DNA from: an uncultured Acidobacteriota bacterium
Lineage (GTDB): Bacteria > Acidobacteriota > UBA6911 > RPQK01 > JAPXNP01
Reading direction: 5' to 3'
DNA length: 64,000 bases
Assembly: GCA_963777605.1 (NCBI GenBank)
Contig: CAVZRV010000011.1
Coordinates: forward strand, 128,001 to 192,000
This document shows, in pieces, positions 30,409 through 39,643 of the stretch. The notes under the pieces were generated by a model. It worked only from the letters and a program-made list of their open reading frames with translations, did not search any database and was not told the DNA's origin. The translations under genes and the position numbers were made by a program. The stretch's first letter is position 1, and each line of letters begins with the position of its first letter.

Positions 30409-31962
30409 CTACCGCGCGTAGTCGACAACTCTCATCTCCCGGATCAGAGTCACCTTGATCTGACCGGGATAGTCCAGTTCCTTTTCGATCTTCTTGGCGA
30501 TGTCCTTGCTCAACCAGAATGCCTGGTCGTCCGAGATTTTCCCGCTTTCGACGATCACGCGGATCTCGCGCCCCGCCTGGAGTGCGAACGCCTTCGTCAC
30601 ACCGTCAAAGGAACCAGCCAACTCCTCAAGCTTTTCGAGTCGCCGCACATAGCTTTCCAGTACTTCCCGGCGGGCCCCGGGCCGCGCCGCCGAAATCGCG
30701 TCGGCTGCCTGAACAAGAACGGCTTCGGTGGTTCTGAACTCAACGTCAAAGTGGTGGGCTTCGATGGCGTGAATGACGTCTTCCGTTTCGCCGAACTTGC
30801 GGGCCAGTTCGACACCGAGCTGAAGGTGTGTTCCTTCCATGTCACGATCGACGGCCTTCCCGATATCGTGCAGGAGTCCGGCTCGCCGGCACACGTCAAC
30901 ACTGGCACCGACCTCCCGGGCCATGATTCCGGCGAGATAGGCGACGTCCCGGCTGTGATTGAGGACATTCTGCCCGTAGCTCGTTCTGTACTTGAGTCGT
31001 CCCAACATCTGGAGAAGCTGGTCGTTGAAGTTGTGGATTCCCAGTTCAAAGGCGACCTGCTCGCCCTCCTCCTTGAGCTGCTTGTCGAACTCGGACGCGA
31101 CTTTGGCAACGACTTCTTCGATCCGGGCCGGGTGGATCCGCCCATCCCGAATCAGCCGCTCGATCGAGACGCGGGCGATTTCCCGGCGGAGGGGGTTGAA
31201 GGCCGAGAGAATCACGGCCTCGGGTGTATCATCGACAATCAGGTCAACTCCCGTGGCCTGCTCGAGCGCGCGGATGTTGCGCCCTTCCCTGCCGATGATC
31301 CGACCCTTCATCTCCTCCGAAGGGAGATCTACGACTGAAACACTCGACTCAACTACGTGCTCCGCGGCGCATCTCTGAATCGCCTGGGCCACGATCTTGC
31401 GCGCCTCGATCTCAGAGCGCTCCTTGGCCTCATCTTCTATTCGCTTGGCGAGAATGGCACCATCACGCAGCGCTTCGCTCTCAATCGCATTCAGGAGCGA
31501 TTTCTTGGCCTCTTCGGCGGTCATCCCGGCCACCTGCTCCAGCTGGTGGGTACGCTCCTCGACCAGGACAAGCAGTCTCGCCTCGGATTCCTCGGCCTCG
31601 ACTTCCCGGCGTTTAAGGTTGCGAATCCGCTGGTCGGTCTCGCGCCGCTTGCGCTCCGCTCTGCGAAGCTCACGTCGAAGCATCTGTTCCTTTTCGCCGA
31701 CCCGGTGTTCCAGTTCCGCGATCTTCCTCCGCTGTTCCTGAATCTCTTTCTCTGCGGCAACCCGCCACTGAAAGATCTCGTCTTTTGCCTCGAGCAGGCG
31801 TTCCTTTTTGACTCGTTCAGCGTCCTGACGGGCCGCTTCCTTGATCTCAGCCGCATCTTCGGCAGCCCGCTTGAGCCGCTTGTCCACTACCCGTAACTTG
31901 ACGAGGACCCAAACGACAATGGCGGCAGCCGCCACAATCGCCAATATCCAATCTTCCCGCAT
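30409..31962 (-). CDS. rny: Ribonuclease Y
   Basis: N-terminal TM, coiled coil, KH domain [14 protein letters not shown], and HD domain [13 protein letters not shown]...LLHDIGK...[12 protein letters not shown]. Confidence 0.97.
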   Translation of the reverse strand: MREDWILAIVAAAAIVVWVLVKLRVVDKRLKRAAEDAAEIKEAARQDAERVKKERLLEAKDEIFQWRVAAEKEIQEQRRKIAELEHRVGEKEQMLRRELRRAERKRRETDQRIRNLKRREVEAEESEARLLVLVEERTHQLEQVAGMTAEEAKKSLLNAIESEALRDGAILAKRIEDEAKERSEIEARKIVAQAIQRCAAEHVVESSVSVVDLPSEEMKGRIIGREGRNIRALEQATGVDLIVDDTPEAVILSAFNPLRREIARVSIERLIRDGRIHPARIEEVVAKVASEFDKQLKEEGEQVAFELGIHNFNDQLLQMLGRLKYRTSYGQNVLNHSRDVAYLAGIMAREVGASVDVCRRAGLLHDIGKAVDRDMEGTHLQLGVELARKFGETEDVIHAIEAHHFDVEFRTTEAVLVQAADAISAARPGARREVLESYVRRLEKLEELAGSFDGVTKAFALQAGREIRVIVESGKISDDQAFWLSKDIAKKIEKELDYPGQIKVTLIREMRVVDYAR

Positions 31963-32023
31963 ATGCTAATCCCCCTGACTGTGCTCGAGGGCTACTGAAG
32001 GAGGGCTGTAACAGGAGAGAAAA

Positions 32024-32174
32024 TACCCCCGCTTTGCCGTGTGATCGCCGCAATGAACCTGGCGAACCAGGTGGGTTCTCTGCCTTCCCTCCCTCGGGAG
32101 TGAAGGACTCCGAGATCCCGTTTCTTGAGTGTTGGCTCAATTACAGCTAAACCATCACCTGCATTGCAGGGGCC
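32024..32174 (-). ncRNA. ssrS: 6S RNA
   Basis: Canonical position between zapA and rny. The minus strand folds into a long rod (CCCCTGC/GCGGGGG, GTGAT/ATCAC, GCTGTAATTGAGCC/GGTTCATTGCGGC) with a central bubble (AACACTCAAGAAAC) and CCCACCTGG. Ends approximate. Confidence 0.85.
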
Positions 32175-32206
32175 GGTTCAATTGTAAACCAAAAACCAGT
32201 CAGCGC

Positions 32207-32506
32207 TCAGCGAGACGAGTCGGACACGCCAGTCAATCGGTCGATCAGTCGCTCGATCCGAACGGAAAGATCACCGTCGATTAGATCGAGTTCCCGCCGG
32301 GCGGTCAGGCATTCATCGGCGAGGTTGAGAGCAGCCAGAATAGCCACTTTCAACGTGTCCACCGTGGGCGTCAGTTCCGCAACCTCATTCATCTTTTGGT
32401 CGAGCAATTCAGCCAGCTTCTGCACGTACTCCGGATCGCTGCAACGAACGTCATATGAGTGATTGAATATCTGAACTTTAGTGACCAATCCTGCCCTGTC
32501 GTCCAT
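32207..32506 (-). CDS. zapA: Cell division protein ZapA
   Basis: VQIFNHSYDV...YVQKLAELLDQKM...KVAILAALNLADE. Confidence 0.9.
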   Translation of the reverse strand: MDDRAGLVTKVQIFNHSYDVRCSDPEYVQKLAELLDQKMNEVAELTPTVDTLKVAILAALNLADECLTARRELDLIDGDLSVRIERLIDRLTGVSDSSR

Positions 32507-32534
32507 CCCGGACCGCGCTCCACGATTCTCCCTG

Positions 32535-32789
32535 CTATATAGGTTGCTCCAAAACAGAGATATGTTCCCTTATACGCTCTATCCGCCTGCCAATTTCAGC
32601 ACGTTTCCGCTTCGACTCTTTCAGCTGCCTAGTTTTGGCCTCGTTATCCTGCTTCAGCCCCTCCAATTCCTCCAAGAGCTTTTCCGTACTAGCCCTGAGT
32701 CGTGCGTTCTCCTGCCTCAACTCTTCGTGTTCGCGAGAGAAACGTTCCAGGATCCCTTCGAGTTCCTGAAGACGCTCTGTTACCTGCAA
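32535..32789 (-). CDS. zapB: ZapB-like coiled-coil cell division protein
   Basis: 84-aa heptad-rich protein; TTG start with GGAGG 7 nt upstream; lies between pheT and zapA. Confidence 0.7.
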   Translation of the reverse strand: MQVTERLQELEGILERFSREHEELRQENARLRASTEKLLEELEGLKQDNEAKTRQLKESKRKRAEIGRRIERIREHISVLEQPI

Positions 32790-32859
32790 ACCCAAACCTC
32801 CAACTGTCCAGGTACCTCGCCTATGGCGATGGTCTTCAATCCCACCGGCGCGGACCGCC

Positions 32860-34929
32860 CTAGCGCATCTCAATCGCAAAACTCTCGCGGAGTCCTGCCA
32901 CAGCCAAATCGCAGCGCTCGGCAATCTCGGCCTGGGTCAAAGTACGACCTGGCGCCTCGAAAGTTAAACGCACAGTTAGACTTACTTTACTTTGGGGAAG
33001 ACCAGAACCGTGATAGAGATCGATCAATCGAAACGCTTTAAGCTCAGGAATCTTGAGTGCCTGAACCTGCGAATCTATTTTATTGAACGACACAGTCTTG
33101 TCAAGCAAGAAAGACAAATCCCGGTAAACTGGCTGAAAGCGGGCGAGGCTTTCAAAATGCGGGGTTGCCAGCGGTTGCTGATAAAGCGCGTCCAGAGAGA
33201 GTTCGCAGTAGAACGCCCGGTCGGTGAGCTTGAACTCCTCCGCAAGTCGCGGATGAAACTCCCCCATGACGCCCAGGACATCTCCCGAATCTGAGCAGAG
33301 CCGGGCGGCCGCTCCAGGGTGCATAAATGGGACGTCGCTCGCCGGCATCCACACCACCGGGCAGTCAAATCGTTCGAGCAGAGCTTCGACCATTCCTTTG
33401 ACATGGAAGAAGTCCAACTTCTCGACAGATCGGCTCCAGTGGGGATTCAGGAAGTCACCAAGGGCGATCAGCGCCAGCATCGGCACCTGCACCACGCCAG
33501 GATCCGCCTCCCGACTGGGTCGATAGACGGCTCCAATCTCAAACAGGCGAATATTCCGGCTCCCGAAATTGAGGTTCCGCCGAACCGATTCCATCAACCC
33601 CGGCAGGAGTGTGCTGCGCAGGTGCGTGTCCAAGTCGGTCAGTGGATTGGCGAGAGCGACCAGATCCGGCTCGCGGCCCAGGAAATTGGCTTCGCGCTGT
33701 GGGTTCGAGAACGCATAGTTGGACGCCTGGAAGAACCCCATGTCCACCAGGGTGTCCTCCAGCAAGCGGTCGTGCCCGTCGGTTTCGTGTGCCTTACCTG
33801 CCTGCGGAGGTCGCGGATAGCTCGAAGGAATCCGCTCGTAGCCGATATGACGGGCGATCTCTTCAACCAGATCGTCCTCCACCCCAATGTCACGGCGGAA
33901 GCTCGGCCCCTTGACCACAAGAGCGTCGCCTTCAACCCTCCTTGGCTGAAACTCGAGTCGCTCCAGGACCTCCGAGGCATCGTTCAGATTAACATCGATC
34001 CCTAACACCTGCCGCACCCGCTTCTGACGAATCGTGAACTCTTCCGGGCGGTATGGAAGCGGATTGACATCGATCACGTCTCCGACACATTTGCTGCCGC
34101 AGTATTCCTCGATCAGCCGACAGGCCAGGTTCAACGCCTTAACCGGCATTTCGGGATCGGCGCCCCGTTCGAACCGGTACGAAGCTTCCGTTGACAGTCC
34201 CAGGCTTTTTGATGTCTGCCTGATCGAGCCGGGGTCGAAGTAGGCACTCTCCAGGAGAATCGTATCCGTTCCATCACCGATCTCGCTATCCTCTCCGCCC
34301 ATCACACCGGCAACCGCGACCGGGCGTGATCCATCACAGATCATCAACATGGACTCGGTCAACTCGCGGCCTACCCCATCCAGCGTCCGGATCCCTTCCC
34401 CGACACGGGCCCTCCGCACCACGATCCGACGGCGCTCAAGCTTGTAATAATCGAAGGCATGCAGAGGCTGCCCCAGTTCGAAGAGAATGTAATTGGTGAT
34501 GTCGACGACGTTGCTGATCGGCCGCTGGCCGACCGCTTCCAGCCGCCGTTTGAGCCAGTCGGGCGATTCTCCGATTCGAACCCCGGTCAGGACCCGACCT
34601 GAATACCGCGGACACAACTCGGGATCCTCGATTTCGATCGACATCGGAAACTCAGCCGTGCACGAGTCGTCGGTCTCGGGCGGAGTGAAGTCCGGAGCAC
34701 GCAACTTCAGACGGTACTGTGCCGCCAACTCGCGGGCGACCCCCAAGTGATTCAGACAGTCTGGACGGTTCGTTGTCACGTCGACGTCGAAAACGAAATC
34801 GTCTCCTGACGGCTCGACCAGGTCCACAGCCAGACCGACCATGGTCAAGGACCGCGCCAAGTCTTCCGGCTGCAGCCCCATGATGTCGATGTCCACAAAG
34901 GTCTGGAGCCAATTCAAGCTGATTTTCAT
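32860..34929 (-). CDS. pheT: Phenylalanine--tRNA ligase beta subunit (short form lacking the B2 OB-fold)
   Basis: MKISLNWL, NRPDCL..LGVARE, VDITNY, GQPLHAFD, SYRFERG and DLVEEIAR; C-terminal FDX-ACB domain. Confidence 0.96.
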   Translation of the reverse strand: MKISLNWLQTFVDIDIMGLQPEDLARSLTMVGLAVDLVEPSGDDFVFDVDVTTNRPDCLNHLGVARELAAQYRLKLRAPDFTPPETDDSCTAEFPMSIEIEDPELCPRYSGRVLTGVRIGESPDWLKRRLEAVGQRPISNVVDITNYILFELGQPLHAFDYYKLERRRIVVRRARVGEGIRTLDGVGRELTESMLMICDGSRPVAVAGVMGGEDSEIGDGTDTILLESAYFDPGSIRQTSKSLGLSTEASYRFERGADPEMPVKALNLACRLIEEYCGSKCVGDVIDVNPLPYRPEEFTIRQKRVRQVLGIDVNLNDASEVLERLEFQPRRVEGDALVVKGPSFRRDIGVEDDLVEEIARHIGYERIPSSYPRPPQAGKAHETDGHDRLLEDTLVDMGFFQASNYAFSNPQREANFLGREPDLVALANPLTDLDTHLRSTLLPGLMESVRRNLNFGSRNIRLFEIGAVYRPSREADPGVVQVPMLALIALGDFLNPHWSRSVEKLDFFHVKGMVEALLERFDCPVVWMPASDVPFMHPGAAARLCSDSGDVLGVMGEFHPRLAEEFKLTDRAFYCELSLDALYQQPLATPHFESLARFQPVYRDLSFLLDKTVSFNKIDSQVQALKIPELKAFRLIDLYHGSGLPQSKVSLTVRLTFEAPGRTLTQAEIAERCDLAVAGLRESFAIEMR

Positions 34930-34950
34930 GGGAGCCTCGCAGGGAACCGC

Positions 34951-35982
34951 TTATCGAAACTGGCTCAGAAAGCGGAGATCGTTCTCGAAGAGCAGGCGGA
35001 TATCGTCGATCTGGTATTTGAAGAGCGTAATCCGGTCGATTCCCATTCCCCAGGCAAAGCCTGTGTAGCGCTCGGGATCGTACCCCACCCTCTGCAGAAC
35101 CTTCGGATGTACCATCCCCGCCCCGAGGATCTCGACCCATCCGGTACGCTTGCAGACCCGGCAGCCCGAACCGGAGCAAAACACGCAGCTGATATCAACC
35201 TCGGCACCGGGTTCGACGAAGGGGAAGTAGCTGGGACGGAGGCGCACTCGAACGTCGGCGCGGAAAAGCTCGCGAAAAAAGACCTCGAGAGTTCCCTTCA
35301 GATCCCCGAGCGTAATCCCCTCGTCTACAACAAGCCCTTCCACCTGGTGAAACATCGGACTGTGAGTCGCGTCCACCGCATCGCGACGAAACACTCGGCC
35401 TGGCACAACGATCCGAACCGGCGGCTCGCGCCTTTCCATCGTGCGGATCTGCACAGGAGAAGTGTGGGCCCTCAAAAGGAGGTTCTGGTCGAGATAGAAG
35501 GTATCCTGGTCGTCGCGGGCCGGGTGGCCCTGCGGGATGTTGAGCGCTTCAAAGTTATAGTAGTCGGTTTCCACCTCCGGCCCCACCACGACTTCGAAGC
35601 CCATTCGGACGAAGACATCCGACATCTCCCGCCACATTCTGGATATCGGATGAAGGGCACCCCGCTCAAACTCAAATCCGGGCAAAGTGACGTCGATCCG
35701 CTCTTCGGTGAGTCGGCTCGACTCCTCAACCTGACGCAGCTTTTCCTGGAGCTGTTCCAGCTCGTCGTCGACCTGCCCCTTGACCAAGTTGAGCAGTTGC
35801 CCCATCTGCGGGCGCTCGTCCGCAGGCAACTGACCCAGCTTGCGCATTTCCAAGGCCAGGAGGCCGCGCTGCCGACTAAGATACCGATCGCGCACCTCAG
35901 TCAACTGCTCCAGGCTTGAAACTCCCCTGAGATCTTCTCGGAAGGCGTCCAGGAGCGGGTGAGAAACCTCGGTCACAGCCAC
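34951..35982 (-). CDS. pheS: Phenylalanine--tRNA ligase alpha subunit
   Basis: HPARDDQDTF, HTSPVQIR, DATHSPMFHQVEG, RPSYFPFVEP and GFAWGMGIDR. Confidence 0.97.
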   Translation of the reverse strand: MAVTEVSHPLLDAFREDLRGVSSLEQLTEVRDRYLSRQRGLLALEMRKLGQLPADERPQMGQLLNLVKGQVDDELEQLQEKLRQVEESSRLTEERIDVTLPGFEFERGALHPISRMWREMSDVFVRMGFEVVVGPEVETDYYNFEALNIPQGHPARDDQDTFYLDQNLLLRAHTSPVQIRTMERREPPVRIVVPGRVFRRDAVDATHSPMFHQVEGLVVDEGITLGDLKGTLEVFFRELFRADVRVRLRPSYFPFVEPGAEVDISCVFCSGSGCRVCKRTGWVEILGAGMVHPKVLQRVGYDPERYTGFAWGMGIDRITLFKYQIDDIRLLFENDLRFLSQFR

Positions 35983-36336
35983 CTACAGAGCCTGTCTTGC
36001 CGTCTCAGCCAGCCTCTCGAATCCCTTGGGGTCCCGGAACGCGATGTCGGCCAGAGCCTTCCGATTCAGCTCGACACCGGCAACCCGAAGCCCATGCATC
36101 AACTGGCTGTACGACAATTCAAACTGGTGAGCCGCAGCGTTGATGCGAATGATCCACAACCTCCGGAAATCGCGCTTCTTCTGGCGGCGATCCCGATAGG
36201 AATAGGCCATCGACCGCATCACCTGCTCTTTGGCAGCTCGGTGCAGCTTGCTCTTGGTTCCCCAGTAACCCTTGGCCTGCTGAAGAATCTTCTTGCGCCG
36301 TTTTACTCTCTTGTTGCCTCTTTTTACTCTCGGCAT
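35983..36336 (-). CDS. rplT: 50S ribosomal protein L20
   Basis: MPRVKRG...AKGYWG...[22 protein letters not shown]. Confidence 0.98.
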   Translation of the reverse strand: MPRVKRGNKRVKRRKKILQQAKGYWGTKSKLHRAAKEQVMRSMAYSYRDRRQKKRDFRRLWIIRINAAAHQFELSYSQLMHGLRVAGVELNRKALADIAFRDPKGFERLAETARQAL

Positions 36337-36351
36337 CGGTTTGCCCCACCC

Positions 36352-36543
36352 TTACATATTCAGCATCAACTTGACCCGCTTCTCGTCGCCGGAAGAGACT
36401 ACCGCCCACTTGGCCAAGTTTCGTTTTCGCTTTGATGACTTCTTAGTCAAGATATGGCTCGCATACGCATGGCGCCTTCGGATCTTCCCCGTACCGGTTA
36501 ATCGGAACCGCTTCGCCGCAGCCTTTTTCGTCTTCATCTTCAT
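36352..36543 (-). CDS. rpmI: 50S ribosomal protein L35
   Basis: [20 protein letters not shown]...[12 protein letters not shown]. Confidence 0.97.
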   Translation of the reverse strand: MKMKTKKAAAKRFRLTGTGKIRRRHAYASHILTKKSSKRKRNLAKWAVVSSGDEKRVKLMLNM

Positions 36544-36663
36544 GACACAAATCTCCCAACCAGCCTCTTACCCTGGAAGAAGCAAAAGATGGATTGTACC
36601 AGAAAACAGGAAGCTCAGTGGAAGAACGGCCACCGAACCTGCGAGGCCCCTTCCCCGGGTGGA

Positions 36664-37173
36664 TCAGGCCTTCTTTGGTGTCAGAATCATGGTCATCGTG
36701 TAGCCGTCCAGTTTGGCCGACCGCTCAACCGCAGCGATTTCAGCAAGGTCGGCACACAGACGCTGAAGAATCTCGTACCCGATTTCCGGATGCGTCACCT
36801 CCCGCCCCCGGAACATCACCGTCGCCTTGACCTTGTTTTGCGAGTTGAGAAAACGGATGGCATGATTTCTCTTGAACTCGTAATCGTGATCATCAATCTT
36901 GGGCCGAAACTTCACTTCCTTGAGGACGACCGTCTTCTGATGCTTCTTTGCCTCGTGAGCCTTCTTGTTTTGCTCGTAGAGGTATTTGCCGTAATCCATG
37001 ATTCGGCAGACGGGCGGATTCGCCGTGGGAGCGACTTCGACCAGATCGAGTCCCTTGGAATCGGCCAACGGCCGCGCCTCGTCGGGCGTCATAATCCCGA
37101 GTTGCTCGCCGGCTTCATCGATTACACGGATTTCACGAGCCCGGATCTGATGGTTGACTCTAGTTCTGACGAT
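36664..37173 (-). CDS. infC: Translation initiation factor IF-3, non-canonical ATC start
   Basis: RVNHQIRAREIRVID..GEQLGI, LDLVEVAP..PPVCRIMDYGK and KEVKFRPKI..HD. In-frame ATC at 37173 lies 7 nt after AAGGAGG. Confidence 0.95.
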   Translation of the reverse strand: MVRTRVNHQIRAREIRVIDEAGEQLGIMTPDEARPLADSKGLDLVEVAPTANPPVCRIMDYGKYLYEQNKKAHEAKKHQKTVVLKEVKFRPKIDDHDYEFKRNHAIRFLNSQNKVKATVMFRGREVTHPEIGYEILQRLCADLAEIAAVERSAKLDGYTMTMILTPKKA

Positions 37174-37268
37174 GCTTGCGCCTCCTTGAAAATTCTTCGC
37201 TGATTGTTTACCCCCGACTCACCCCGAAATGGGGCTCCAGGGTACGCTACACTATGCCCAAGTTATAT

Positions 37269-39071
37269 TTACGGTTTTACGGCCTTAGTATCAATCAATT
37301 TCTTGATGCCGGCGGCAAATTCGGAAATCCCCTGGGCACCGAGATCGCCCTCGCTGCGACTGCGGACGGAAACCGAGCCACTTTCGACTTCTTTATCCCC
37401 AACCACCAGCATGAACGGGATCTTCTTCATTTGGGCATCCCGAATCTTATACCCCAGCTTCTCGTTGCGGAGATCCGCCTTGACCCGAAGATCCTCGTCA
37501 CTCAATCGATTCTCGACCTGGACGGCAAATTCGTGATGCCGGTCCGCGATCGGGATCACGACAGCCTGGACCGGTGCGAGCCAAACCGGGAAAGCGCCAC
37601 CGTAATGCTCGATGAGCACTCCCATGAAGCGCTCCAGCGAGCCCAGCAGGGCACGGTGAACCATCACCACCTCGTGCTGCTTGGAGTCGGAACCCACGAA
37701 ATTGACCCCAAAACGCCCGGGAAGGTTAAAGTCGAACTGAAACGTGCTCAACTGCCAGGACCGGCCCAGTGCGTCGATCAACTGAACGTCGATCTTGGGA
37801 CCGTAGAACGCGGCATCCCCTTCGGCTCGCTGATACTCCCACCCCCGCTCGTTGAGGACTTCGACCAGAACTGACTCTGCATAGCCCCAGTCTTCCGGCT
37901 TGCCTGCGTAGTCATCAGAGCGAGCCGGGTCCCAGACCGAAAGAGTCACCTTGAACTCGTCAAAGCCAAAACTCTTCAGGATGCGGTCGGCCAGGTTGAG
38001 CGTGGCCTCAACCTCCTGCTTGACCTGATCGGGCCGGCAGAAGATGTGGGCGTCGTCCTGCGTGAACCCCCGGACCCGCAACATGCCGTGGAGGGTCCCC
38101 GATTTCTCGAATCGATAAACCGTTCCGAACTCCGCCAGGCGGATCGGGAGATCGCGATAGCTCCGAATATCCGACTTGTATATGAGGATATGTCCCGGGC
38201 AGTTCATCGGCTTCAGGACATATTCCTCCTCGTCTACCGGGAACGTGTACATGTTCTCCAGGAAGTAGTCGTAGTGACCGGAAATCTTCCAGAGTTCGCT
38301 CTTCGCTATGTGGGGCGTGTAGACGAACTCATAGCCGTTCTTCCGCAACTCGCTGCGCAGAAAGTCTTCGATCACCCCCCGGACGATGGCCCCGTTCGGG
38401 AGCCAAAAGATCAGTCCAGGAGCAACCTCATCCTCAATCGAGAAGAGACTCAACTCCCGACCCAGCTTGCGATGGTCGCGCTTGCGTGCCTCCTCCAGCC
38501 GGGCCAGGTAATCCTCCAGTTCCTCTTCCGTAAAAAAGGCGGTACCGTAGATTCGCTGAAGCTGCTCCCGATGCTCGTTGCCGCGCCAGTAGGACCCGGC
38601 TACCGACAGAAGGCGGAATGCTCCCAGTTCCTTCGTCGAACGAACGTGCGGTCCGGTGCAGAAATCGACCAGCTTTCCGAGCCGGTAACAGGACAGCACT
38701 TCGTTCGCCCTGTCCTCAATTAACTCCTGCTTGAGTCCTTCGCCCCGATCCTCAAAGAAGCGGATCGCTTCATCTTTCGAGATGATCGAGGGTTCGTAGG
38801 GAAGGTCTTCAGACTGCAATTCGCGCATCCGTTCCTCAATGCGACGCAGGTCTTCTTCCGCGAAACGATGCTCGGACTGAAAATCGTAGTAAAAACCGTC
38901 GCTCGTGGCGGGACCGATCCCGAGATGAGTGCCCGGAAACAGGTCCACGACAGCCAAAGCCATCAGGTGGGAACTTGAGTGGCGAAGCACTTCCAAGGCA
39001 GAGTCCCGATTGCCGAGGACATCGACGGTGCCATCACGGCGAACCACTTCTAGAGCCAGTTGGTCCTTCAT
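37269..39071 (-). CDS. thrS: Threonine--tRNA ligase (N-terminal TGS/N1 domain largely absent)
   Basis: RHSSSHLMA, DFCTGPH, RDHRKLG, LKPMNCPGH, RVRGFTQDDAH, AFYGPKID and HRALLGSLERF. Confidence 0.97.
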   Translation of the reverse strand: MKDQLALEVVRRDGTVDVLGNRDSALEVLRHSSSHLMALAVVDLFPGTHLGIGPATSDGFYYDFQSEHRFAEEDLRRIEERMRELQSEDLPYEPSIISKDEAIRFFEDRGEGLKQELIEDRANEVLSCYRLGKLVDFCTGPHVRSTKELGAFRLLSVAGSYWRGNEHREQLQRIYGTAFFTEEELEDYLARLEEARKRDHRKLGRELSLFSIEDEVAPGLIFWLPNGAIVRGVIEDFLRSELRKNGYEFVYTPHIAKSELWKISGHYDYFLENMYTFPVDEEEYVLKPMNCPGHILIYKSDIRSYRDLPIRLAEFGTVYRFEKSGTLHGMLRVRGFTQDDAHIFCRPDQVKQEVEATLNLADRILKSFGFDEFKVTLSVWDPARSDDYAGKPEDWGYAESVLVEVLNERGWEYQRAEGDAAFYGPKIDVQLIDALGRSWQLSTFQFDFNLPGRFGVNFVGSDSKQHEVVMVHRALLGSLERFMGVLIEHYGGAFPVWLAPVQAVVIPIADRHHEFAVQVENRLSDEDLRVKADLRNEKLGYKIRDAQMKKIPFMLVVGDKEVESGSVSVRSRSEGDLGAQGISEFAAGIKKLIDTKAVKP

Positions 39072-39115
39072 TATCGGTACCAAGATAAATTAATCGCTCG
39101 ATATGAGCAAAAAAA

Positions 39116-39190
39116 TGGTAGGCGCGAGCGGATTTGAACCGCTGACCTCTTCCGTGTCAAGGAAGCGCTCTCCCCCTGAGCTACGCACCT
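39116..39190 (-). tRNA. tRNA-Val(GAC)
   Basis: AGGTGCGTAGCTCAGGGGGAGAGCGCTTCCTT-GAC-ACGGAAGAGGTCAGCGGTTCAAATCCGCTCGCGCCTACCA: full cloverleaf with encoded CCA. Confidence 0.97.
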
Positions 39191-39205
39191 ACGTTGGGGA
39201 TTCAG

Positions 39206-39236
39206 AGATTACCACACCGGGGTAGGGACATGTAAA
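39206..39236 (-). promoter_or_regulatory. Putative sigma-70 promoter for tRNA-Val/thrS
   Basis: Minus strand TTTACA-N19-TAATCT with an extended -10 TG; the spacing is long. Confidence 0.35.
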
Positions 39237-39244
39237 CCCGAGAC

Positions 39245-39286
39245 AAGAAAAGGCAGGAGCAGCAGTGAGATCGCCCAGCCCCTGCC
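39245..39286 (-). terminator. Intrinsic terminator downstream of hup
   Basis: Minus strand GGCAGG...CCTGCC stem followed by TTTTCTT. Confidence 0.55.
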
Positions 39287-39301
39287 AAGTCCGAGCCGAT
39301 A

Positions 39302-39574
39302 CTAGTTGATGGCGTCCTTCAGGGCCTTACCAGGCGTGAACTTGGCCACCTGCTTGGCAGGGATCTTGATTGGCTTCCCAGTCTGGGGATTTCTGCCTTC
39401 CCGGGCGGAGCGCTTCGACGTGGAGAAGGTTCCAAATCCGACCAGAGTCACCTTCTTACCCTTCTTCAAGGCCTCGGTGATGGACCCGACCACGGAATCC
39501 AGCGCCGCCTGCGCTTCAGCCTTCGTGATCTTTGCATCGTTTGCAATCGATTCAACCATTTCCCCTTTGTTCAT
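39302..39574 (-). CDS. hup: DNA-binding protein HU
   Basis: MNKGEMV...VTLVGFGTF....R.AREGRNPQTG..IKIPA....KFTPGKALKDAIN. Confidence 0.97.
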   Translation of the reverse strand: MNKGEMVESIANDAKITKAEAQAALDSVVGSITEALKKGKKVTLVGFGTFSTSKRSAREGRNPQTGKPIKIPAKQVAKFTPGKALKDAIN

Positions 39575-39643
39575 TTCTCCTCCTTATCTGTCTCTGATTT
39601 CAAGCTGCTGGCGTGCCTTAAAACGCCCATAGTTTAGCAGATA

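Noticed and set aside
39116-39190. tRNA-Val as a possible island integration site
   Set aside because: Flanked by thrS and hup in core synteny; no duplicated 3' end and no integrase in the window.
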